Made by a program: the position numbers and the translations under genes
Notes under the pieces: generated by a model
The model's input: only the letters and a program-made list of their open reading frames with translations
What the model was told of the DNA's origin: nothing
The model's database searches: none
NCBI RefSeq assembly: GCF_006345805.1
Contig: NC_043000.1
Span: 100,564,001 to 100,628,000, forward strand
Direction: 5' to 3'
Length of the DNA: 64,000 nt
Source of the DNA: Octopus sinensis
Taxonomy: Eukaryota
Part shown: positions 51,886-61,899 of the stretch, in pieces
How the letters are laid out: each line of letters opens with the position of its first letter
Position numbering within the stretch: the stretch's first letter is position 1

Positions 51886-51922
<37 letters not shown>

Positions 51923-52080
51923 ACGACGGGCTTCTTTCAGTTTCCGTCTACCAAATCCACTCACAAGGCTTGGTCGTTCGAGGCTATAGTAGAAGACACT
52001 TGCCCAAGGTGCCACGCAGTGGGACTGAACCTGGAACCATGTGGTTGGTAAGCAAGCTACTCCCACCACAGCCACTCCTA
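50655..52080. mobile_element. SINE cluster (+ ~50655-51045; second family - ~51085-51390; major family - ~51570-52080)
   Basis: Matches the other copies in the window. Confidence 0.8.
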
Positions 52081-52860
52081 CGCCGAAGAATAAATAAAAG
52101 AGAGACATATTAGATAATATTGTCTTCATATAAAATTTGAATAAGATGCTGTAGTAAAGAGAGGAATAGCTTTGATCATAGATCAGTTCAGTCAGAACTG
52201 AATTGGCGTTAAGCAGCAGCGACAAATAATTTGGTTTATCGATCCCGGAAGAATAAAAGACAAAGTCGACGTCCACCGGAACTGAAATCGAGACCTCGCG
52301 AGACACAATTAATATAAAGAAGGATATTTGTCGCTGCTCTATCAATTCTGCCTATCCACAATGGAGGTAATTATTCCTTCTATTGACACAAATCGATAGA
52401 TATAAGACATTACAGAGCGTAATTACGAAAATAGTGAATATCATGTCGAGTGTGATAGGATATAACAAAGGAAAGTAATGTGATATATGTTTGGTGCCTA
52501 TGTATATATATGTGTGTATATATATATATACACACAAACACGGCCATATTTACGTATACACACATACATACGTACATATATTTATGTGCGTGTGTGTGTG
52601 TGTGTGTGTATACATGTATATATACACAGATACTTTTTCACACCTAATAATTTGCTTCTTTGTGATATTCAATGCAACCTCGTACGTAACTCTGACCCAG
52701 GTTTTGCAATTTTCACCTGTTAATATCCGACAATCATCTACCTTGTATCAATAACAGAAATAATTGTAGTCATATATATATACATATATACATATCTATA
52801 CATATATATATATATATATACATATATATGTATGTGGTATAGTATATATATATATATATA

Positions 52861-52918
<58 letters not shown>

Positions 52919-53253
52919 GATATATATTATATATATATATATATATAATAATGCAATAAAAATGGTAAATAATTTTTCTGTGGTTTTTCATGTAACCACA
53001 ATTATTTACCGGTAAATTTCGGTATGTAAATACGACAAATTCATACGTTCAGGAACTTTGTAAGGTTCAGTATATAGTAAAGTAAATAGAGGCTAGCACA
53101 GGCTGTTTCGCCTCATACCGAAGGAATTAGAAATGGCAGTCAAAGACTGTTTTTTCCATTTTCTGTAAGTGGAAATTCAAAAAACGAAGGCCCGTGCGGC
53201 TCACATACACAAAACCGGAGTAGCAAATAGACGCAAACAGTCACTTACCGTTA

Positions 53254-53317
53254 ATAACGAACATGTTTCTGGATCACAAACTCAGAAAAGTAGTTTGATT
53301 TCCTTCATCGGCGCTAT
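53254..53317 (-). ncRNA. Type I hammerhead, family B left arm
   Basis: Reverse complement of 53981-54044. Confidence 0.7.
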
Positions 53318-53980
53318 ATTCGATAGATTTACCAAATGCCACAGGCCCTCACTTCTGACCCAGCGACATCAGATAGTGGGAGGAAGTGTGCAGATGTTAA
53401 AACAAAGTAACGACTGGGAACGTAAATTTTCCCTCCAAAATTCTGCCATGCGCGCCTTCTGGGTAATCGTAATGGAATGAGGAATCCACATGGTAATGCA
53501 ATAAAAATGGTAAATAATTTTTCTGTGGTTTTTCATGTAACCAACAATTATTTACCGGTAAATTTCGGTATGTAAATACGACAAATTCATCGTCAGGAAC
53601 TTTGTCTTTGACTGCCATTTCTAATTCCTTCGGTATGAGGCGAAACAGCCTGCTGCTAGCCCTCTTATTTACTTTACTATATACTGAACCTTACAAATTT
53701 CCTGACGATGAATTTGTCGTATTTACATACCGAAATTTACCGGTAAATAATTGTTGGTTACATGAAAAACCACAGAAAAATTATTTACCATTTTTATTGC
53801 ATTACCATGTGGATTCCTCATTCCATTACGATTACCCAGAAGGCGCGCATGGCAGAATTTTGGAGGGAAAATTTACGTTCCCAGTCGTTACTTAGTTTTA
53901 ACATCTGCACACTTCCCCCCACTATCTGATGTCGCTGGGTCAGAAGTGAGGGCCTGTGGCATTTGGTAAATCTATCGAAT

Positions 53981-54044
53981 ATAGCGCCGATGAAGGAAAT
54001 CAAACTACTTTTCTGAGTTTGTGATCCAGAAACATGTTCGTTAT
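53981..54044 (+). ncRNA. Type I hammerhead, family B right arm (core CCGAUGA); predicted cleavage after 54038 (GUU)
   Basis: ATAGCG-CCGATGA-A-GGA-AAT-CAAACT-ACTTTTCTG-AGTTTG-TGA-TCC-A-GAAA-C-AT-G-T-T-CGTTAT. Stem III is a palindrome (ACATGT). Confidence 0.7.
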
Positions 54045-54224
54045 TAACGGTAAGTGACTGTTTGCGTCTATTTGCTACTCCGGTTTTGTGTATGTGAGCC
54101 GCACGGGCCTTCGTTTTTGGAATTTCCACTTACAGAAAATGGAAAAAACAGTCTTTGACTGCCATTTCTAATTCCTTCGGCATGAGGCGAAACAGCCTGC
54201 TGCTAGCCCTCTTATTTACTTTAC

Positions 54225-54271
<47 letters not shown>

Positions 54272-54286
54272 TATATATATATAATA

Positions 54287-54350
<64 letters not shown>

Positions 54351-54351
54351 T

Positions 54352-54394
<43 letters not shown>

Positions 54395-54397
<3 letters not shown>

Positions 54398-54800
54398 CGC
54401 AGGAGTGGCTGTGTGGTAAGTAGCTTGATAACCAACCACATGGTTCCGGGTTCAGTCCACTGCGTGACATCTTGGGCAAGTGTCTTCTGCTATAGCCCCG
54501 GGCCGACCAATGCCTTGTGAGTGGATTTGGTAGACGGAAACTGAAAGAAGCCTGTCGTATATATGTATATATATATAAGTGTGTGTGTATATGTTTGTGT
54601 GTCTGTGTTTGTCCCCCTAGCGTTGCTTGACAACCAATGCTGGTGTGTTTATGTCCCCGTCACTTAGCGGTTCGGCAAAAGAGACCAATAGAATAAGTAC
54701 TGGGCTTACAAAGAATAAGTCCCGGGGTTGATTTGCTCGACTAAAGGCGGTGCTCCAGCATGGCCACAGTCAAATGATTGAAACAAGTAAAAGAGAAAAG
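54395..54800 (+). mobile_element. Full-length tRNA-derived SINE (major family)
   Basis: Near-identical to 42879-43287. Confidence 0.9.
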
Positions 54801-55094
54801 AGAAAGAAATATATATTCAATTAACAATGAAGGCAGTGCCGGTACGCTAACATAGCAGTCAAAACGACCAAACAAGTTTTCACTTAAACACAAAGTTCTG
54901 GGTGTTTTTGTTCATTTACCCGATTTCACTTTTGTGTTTAAGTGAAAACTTGTAGTTTGGTCATTTTGGCTGCTATAGTTAGCATGCTTGCACTGCCTGT
55001 TAGTACCCTTAATTATTAATTGGTAATTTTTTTTTTTACCGTTATGAGTATTTTACGCATGCTAAGCCACTGGTATTATTATAAACAATAATAT

Positions 55095-55145
<51 letters not shown>

Positions 55146-56476
55146 GCTGGCTGGCTGGATGGATGGATGGATGGATGGACGGACGGATGGATGGATGGAT
55201 GGATGGATGGATGGATGGATGGGTGGATTGATGAGTATATGATGCGGATAGATAGGTGTGTCTGTGTAGTATAAAAACAATAAACACAAACGAACATCAC
55301 GTGCAGGACGATATTTGCCAAAGTGGTATTAGTTTCTCTACCTGTTTCTCCATCTTGAATGGAAAAACAGGTTACCCCAATGTTTCCGGCGTTAGTCGTT
55401 TATCTCCCCACCACACACACACACACACACACATCAAAACAAAAAATGAAAAAGAGAAAGAATAACATAGGGAAGTTGGGGATAATAATTAATGAGTATA
55501 TAAATGATAAAGAAAAAAAAAACAGATTAGAATACAAAGGCAAAGAGATAGAAATCAGGAGATTTTGTTTTATTGATGGATGTATAAAGGAAAGAATTGG
55601 TGAGTGTGTAGAAGCATGTACAACAGTGTATCTGTGTTTTCAAATGAGCTTCAGCGTGAGTGGAACGTGCATATCTATGTTTTTGTAGTATATGTATGTA
55701 GGTATTTGCAAGAGAGTAAGTATGGTGGCAATTGATTGGTAGGAGTACGAGATGCTGGTGTGTGTATGAAATTGTTTTGTGCGTGAAAACGCTAGAGAAC
55801 GTGTGTAAGTGTGTATAAATAAATGTGAGGAAACATATGGAGTGGCAAGAACCAGACGGGTGTTAAATAATGTGTTTGCAAATGCATAAACATAAGCAAG
55901 TAAAGACGAAATTCGAAAATGAAAGAAAAAGGAAAAATGTTTGAATTCAGTAATGAGAAGAAAGGTCAAAGAAATTGGTAAAAAGCCTGAAGAAATTGGT
56001 AAAGTGTCCAGGAAGATGATACGAATCAAGAAGATGAGATAACTTAGATCAGCGTGAAAAAAGCAGACGTTGTTAAGCACGTAATGCATAGAATGAAAAT
56101 AGTGAACGGAAGTGAGAGAGAGGTACAAAAATAGTGTATTTTGAGAGATGATGGAAGCAGAAGTGGTGTGTGTATGTGTGTGTGCGCGTGCGGAGCTTGG
56201 GTTAGCTAAAGAGTGAATAGCGCCCAAGAAGTAGCTTGTGCTAAGGAGGGAACAAAAAGTACCGACCGAAAGGAGGACTGCTGAAGTAAGGAAAAACGCG
56301 TAAATTCTATTTGAGCGTACCAGTGTGCGTGAATTTATATAAGTTAGTATGTTTGAGGCAGTGTGTGTCTGTGCATCGGAGTGTGTATATATATACATAC
56401 ATACATATTAGGAAGGAGTGAATGATCAAAGAGTGAAGGGCATATATGTCAGAGACAATAATTATGCATGTGTATC

Positions 56477-56509
<33 letters not shown>

Positions 56510-57009
56510 GTGTATGTGTGTGCGTGCATATATGAAGTATGGGTGAGTGTGCCAAAGATATAAAATGGCAGATAAATAATGGTATATGTGTTAAAGATTT
56601 GCTGCAGCTATGAGGTTAAGAAGATCGCTTTGCAGTCACGTGGTTTCGGGTTCATTTATGCGGTATCCTGGCCAAGTGTTCTCTACAATGACCCTTAGCA
56701 CTGAAATTAGGGGCTCCAGTTGTATCCCTAATTTTGGTGACTTTTTATTCGATGTTATACGGGTATCAATTCCTGGAGACTCTCTAAGACCAAATCCCAA
56801 ATTTAACAAAGGTAACGAGCAAGCAGAATCCTTAACATGCCGGACAAAATAGTGGCATTTCATCTGACTTTTCGTTCTGAGTTCAAATTCCGCCGAGGTG
56901 AACTTTGCCTTTCATCCTTTCGAGCTGAAATAAATACCAGTTGAGCGCTGGAGTCGATGTAATCGACTATCCCCTCCCCACAAAATTTCAGACCTTACCC
57001 TTATAATGT

Positions 57010-57520
57010 GGAGGCGCAATGGCCCAGTGGTTAGAGCAGCGGACTCGCAGTCATAGGCTCGCGGTTTTGATTCCCAGACCAGGCATTGTGAGTGTTTATT
57101 GAGCGAAAACACCTAAAGCTCCACGAGGCTCCGGCAGGAAGGGGGGGATGAACCCTGCTGTACTCTTTCACCACAACTTTCTCTCACTCTTTCTTCCTGT
57201 TTCTGTTGTACCTGTATTTCAAAGGCCCAGCCTTGTCACACTCTGTGTCACGCTGAATCTCCCCGAGAACTACGTTAAGGGTACACATATATGTGGAGTG
57301 CTCAGCCACTTTCACTTTAATAAATAAGCTGCGACGTCACTGGTGCCAAGCTGTATCGACCTTTGCCTTTCCTTTGGATAACATCAGTGGCGTGGAGAGG
57401 GGAGGCTGGTATGCGTGGGCCACTGCTGGTCTTCCATAAACAACCTTGCTCAGACTTGTGCCTCGGAGGGTAACTTTCTAGGTGCAATCCCATGGTCATT
57501 CATGACCGAATGGGGTCACA
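57010..57520 (+). mobile_element. tRNA-derived SINE (second family, long form)
   Basis: tggcccagtggttagagcagcggactc head. Body shared with 13617-13937 and 3' part shared with the minus copy at ~51085-51390. Confidence 0.85.
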
Positions 57521-58232
57521 ACCCTTAAAGTAGAAAGAAATTATTTCATTATTTTCCGATCACTAAAGTTCTTAAAGTATTTGCACAAAGGAGGAATACT
57601 GCTGAGTGATATTCATTCTATCATTTCGCGGCGAAATGTCAGATATTTTCTTATGTGATAAAATTCGAACTTATTCAACTCGTGAGACACTGAATATTCA
57701 ACAATTGAATTATAAAATACTTTTCATTACATATTGATCAATATTGTATTTATTTTCAATATTTTACAAGCAAATAGATGTTGGCTATATTTAAATTTTA
57801 AGTTTACGACATTTTTGGTTATCACGTTTCTATTTGGTTAGGATTTATTGGTATTTTTTTAAGCTGCGCTGGCAAAAATTTATTTAAAAACAATTAAGGA
57901 ATTAAATTGAATTTAAAGCAGTAATTTGTACTTGATTATTTGTATTTATTTGTCATCATTTCTTTATTGTTTTATTGTGATTTATAAATTGATGGAATTT
58001 AATTAAGAAAAAGTTTGGAACACAGAATAAAATGAAAGACAATTATCAGATAAATGTTTTTGTTTTTTTTTATATATCTAAACATATTAGTCAGTAAATG
58101 AAGGCACTGATAATATTCCAACGTAATTTAATGTGTGTATGAGTATATGTGTGTGTGAGAGAGTATGTGTGTATGTGCGTGTATGCTTGTGTGTGCATAT
58201 GTATATATGCTTGTATGTGTATGTGTGTATGC

Positions 58233-58269
<37 letters not shown>

Positions 58270-59008
58270 TGTGTGTGTGCGAGAGAGAGAGAGCTAATTC
58301 AGAACAGCACAGTTTGTTCCATATTTACTGTCATTAGTAGGAAAATACAAATTAGAACAATATGTTATACATGATCTTTTATCTAAATTGGTATTTTATA
58401 AACTGAAATTATATATTTATTTGCAAGCCTGCACATATAGAGAGCATCTAATTGAATGTATTTATCATTGTTTTTTTCAAATCAAGCAGGTGTTATGGCT
58501 TTCTTCACGAAAAAAAAAAACTGGATGAAATATCAATTGGATTGAACGCATTCCGAATGAACATAGGAATCCGACTTATTTCTTGAAGAGAGCATATCTT
58601 ATTTGTTTTAACCCTTTACCAATCCAAAACTTTTTCATAAACTTGTCCTAAAAGTTCGAGCTTGTTTTCAAATTTTTAGCCAGCCCTTGTTTCATATTTT
58701 CTGAGTAATATAAAAATCTCCTATCATAAGTTCCAAGCTATTCTTGTGGGTGAAAAAAGATTAGAAATCTGTATCATATATGATGTATGGATACCAGGGA
58801 AATGTGCCCTGTATATCATTTGATATACAGGATACACACATACACACACACAGGCATACGCACGCGCACACACACACACACACACACACATATATACTAG
58901 CTTCCAGGGATGTGTTTGATATGTAAATTGGTATATCCAATAACCAAACACCACTGTATACATTGGCTATTCAAGCAATGTGTTCGAGGATGATTAAAGG
59001 GTTGGATA

Positions 59009-59053
59009 AGTGCTGATGAAGGGGCAAAATCTCCGAAATATGGCGTATACACT
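59009..59053 (+). ncRNA. Type I hammerhead with a canonical core; predicted cleavage after 59049 (AUA)
   Basis: AGTG-CTGATGA-A-GGGG-CAAAAT-CTCC-GAAA-TA-TGGCG-TA-T-A-CACT. Confidence 0.7.
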
Positions 59054-59245
59054 CATTACCCTTTTCTTATCTTCGATCTCAGTGTTTATTTACATCTGGG
59101 CTCTCGTATATGAAACGTCGTAGCAAAAATCAGAGCTGGCTATAATTTCTATACAATATCTATAGAGATAACCTTAACAAGTGATGTAAAAGCGTACAGC
59201 TAACGCGGTAGAACGCGGTATTGCCTTATAAAAGCGTTTAATATA

Positions 59246-59817
59246 TTGGGTTGTCCGGAAAGTTCGTGCCGATTTATAGTAGCTTACCTGTCGACTTATT
59301 TTATAACATGGTTGAGTTCATAAAATAGGATTTGACTACAAATCCATTTAGAGCACAGTTTAAGCTATCTTTTCGTGGAAGAAGGTTTATGTTCCTATAA
59401 CCTGTGTTAATTCTATAAACATTTAAAATGGAAGATAAGAAAGTTCATTTTCAGCACTTGATGCTTTGGGAACCAGACAAAAACTGCTGCAGCTCGGCTG
59501 TGATGTGTTACCTCACCCTCCATATTCACCAGATATTGCTCTTTATTCCACTTATTTCCACTTATTCAGGTCTCTGCAGAATAGCCTTAATGGTAAAAAT
59601 TTCAATTCCTTGGATGACGTAAAAAGATACCTTGATGAATTCTTTGTCATGAAACTCCCTCAATTCTGGGAAGAGGGTATTTTCAAGTTAAAGGAAAGAT
59701 GGAGACGCATTGTGCAACAAAATGGTTCATATTTGATTGATTAAAAATGTAATGGCAAGTATTTATTGGCCTTTTTCTTTCCTTTAAAAATCAGCACGAA
59801 CTTTCCGGACAACTCAA
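59246..59817 (+). mobile_element. Internally deleted mariner with both TIRs and a TA target duplication
   Basis: TIRs TTGGGTTGTCCGGAAAGTTCGTGCCGATTT / rc TTGAGTTGTCCGGAAAGTTCGTGCTGATTT, with TA on both sides. N-terminal MEDKKVHFQHLMLWE is fused to C-terminal LPHPPYSPDIA...RWRRIVQQNGSYLID. Confidence 0.92.
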
Positions 59818-59879
59818 TACTCTGTAGTATATCATGGTTGCATAACGAAATACCGTGTATCTACAAGTCATTAGGTAAA

Positions 59880-60200
59880 AATCAAAATACAAGGGGGTGG
59901 CACAGCTAAGTCATGGACCATACATATTATACATAAAACTTCCACAGAGATTTTGCGTGATGGAAGAATAATGGAAAGAAGTGATTCTTGAAATTTGGAA
60001 TACCAATGGTTTGGAAGAAATCATTCGAAGTAATAGAAGCAAGAGTACATATCCTGATCTAGAATCAGCAAGAAAATTTGTCTTGTACTCAAATGAGGTA
60101 CCTGTTCCAATTTTCGGGCGCCTGGCAGAGCTTCTAAACGATAATAATGAATCAAATCGTATCTGATGACATAGCTGAAATGTGGAAAGCGACAATGATT
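59880..60200 (+). mobile_element. Chapaev3-like (CMC) transposase N-terminal relic
   Basis: KSWTIHI..KT and WN....SKSTYPDLESARKFVLYSNEVPVP resemble the DQDKSWAPHICC...WREP...KYPNLPSA.RPV.HS.ELPVP pattern. Confidence 0.5.
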
Positions 60201-61429
60201 TTCAAGGAATTTCATCAATTGGTTACTGTTTAAACCAATATAAACTGAGTTACCACGTTAGGGATCTGAAACTCACAAAGAAGTCTTCTGAATTAGTGGT
60301 CACTAGGGTTTTCAGTTTGAGTTGGCTAAAACATTGAACGCTTTTCTTTAGAGAAAACTGAAATCACTATTACTGATTTGACTTCGTAAGATTTTGACCT
60401 ACGGTAGCGTTATGTAACTATTTTCAAAGAATGGAATCTTCTTGTATCGTTTTTACGTATAAAATGTATGGCCCATGACTTAGCTTTGTCACTAGCTGGT
60501 AGTTTGACTCTTTACCTAGTGACTTGTTCGTCGTTATTTCACGTCAGAACTGTGCCATATTTACTAGATCTCTTGTCAAATCCAGAGCTACAGAATAAAA
60601 TAAAAATTCTGGTGCTTGTTTCAAGACTTCTTATTAGTCATGTGTTTTATCTGGTAAAAAGAAACTATTCTCCATGACAAATTAATATTCATGAGTTTAA
60701 AAAATTCATACAACAGCTACTATACACTCTACTAAGTTTACTTTCGATGTGTAGTTTCACTTTCTTTGCAATCAGATCACAGACTTCATAACGTGTTTGT
60801 GTTACGGAAGTACTCTCATTAATATTCCATTTGAAAATAAATTGCTGAAAATAAAGATTATTAATAAAAAAAAACAAAAATAGCTTGTCTAAGCGTAGAG
60901 TTGTTTTGCAGTTTTTCATATACCTTATACTTGCTCAGATACTAATGTTCAGGATTGTACATTTTATAGCTGCAACTTAATCTTTACACATTAGACACAC
61001 ACGATTTCCATTTATTTCTATGAAAAAGTAATTACTTCGACAACTAACCTCAACACCAACAAAACAACGATGAGAAGCAAACCTGCAATATGCGCTGATG
61101 AGAAAGGAGGTATCTGAGGGTCACATATTCATCGATATGATTACAAACTGTGACGAAAGGACCTTAACATGCTAATCGATTAACTGATTAACTGATAGAT
61201 TAATTATCTAATTGATTAGTAATAAAACTGAAGTGAAACATGACCAATGTGTGTGCTTTTGTTGACAGTATGACCCTCTCAAAATACAAAAACATAATTA
61301 TTTATCCATTTATCGTCGATAAACTTCTTAAACCGGGAACTTTATATCTTTTATGAATTATGTCTTTGCAGTTTGCAATTGATTTAAGATCTTAATTTAA
61401 AGTATATGCAAAAAGATCGTAAATGTTGC

Positions 61430-61820
61430 CAGTAAACTATAAATACCCGTCTGATAAGGGTACACAACCATATGTGCGCGACATGGCGATTTCATATCAA
61501 GATAAACAGCGTATGACCTTGCAGGTGGGGCCCAGTTAGAATTTTCTTCTGGCCAATTAACCCATCCTGCTCAAAAGATCCCTGAATAAGTGTCGTTTAA
61601 GGATGTTGAACGAAACACCCATGTTTCCAGAGGTGAATTATTCAAACCCCAAAAAATCCCTTTCAACACATGGCTATGATGCTCCCCCACTACTTCTGCT
61701 CGTGATCAGATATGCACATATCGTCAGCCACTAAGGGACATGCTCAACTGGTTAAGGTCAAACAACTGACAAGCAAATATGTGGTATTGAGCAGAATATT
61801 TGCTGTAGCCCATCTTTTTA
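61430..61820. repeat. Dispersed repeat of unclear class abutting the (TAA)n tract
   Basis: GC-richer block with sharp borders. No ORF support. Confidence 0.35.
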
Positions 61821-61835
61821 TCATTATTATATTTA

Positions 61836-61836
<1 letters not shown>

Positions 61837-61899
<63 letters not shown>

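Larger units (their letters stand above)
52949..54230. mobile_element. Family B: two opposed concatemers of a ~546-nt HHR-bearing monomer (left arm - 52949-53605, right arm + 53604-54230) flanked by (TA)n
   Basis: Left-arm period 545 (52953/53498) and right-arm period 547 (53606/54153). Arms are near-identical, with a 2-nt GT microhomology at the junction. Confidence 0.85.

Noticed and set aside
53700-53760. CTGACGA...GAAATTTACCGGTAAATA as a second hammerhead in family B
   Set aside because: The palindrome is real, but stems I and II do not close. The segment is better explained by helix b.
53169-54129. Mirror-image 103-aa ORFs and 73/97-aa ORFs in family B
   Set aside because: They are a by-product of the inverted duplication, with no recognisable domain.
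55640-56398. 252-aa minus-strand ORF
   Set aside because: It is a low-complexity, pyrimidine-rich frame that starts at a microsatellite and has no domain signal.
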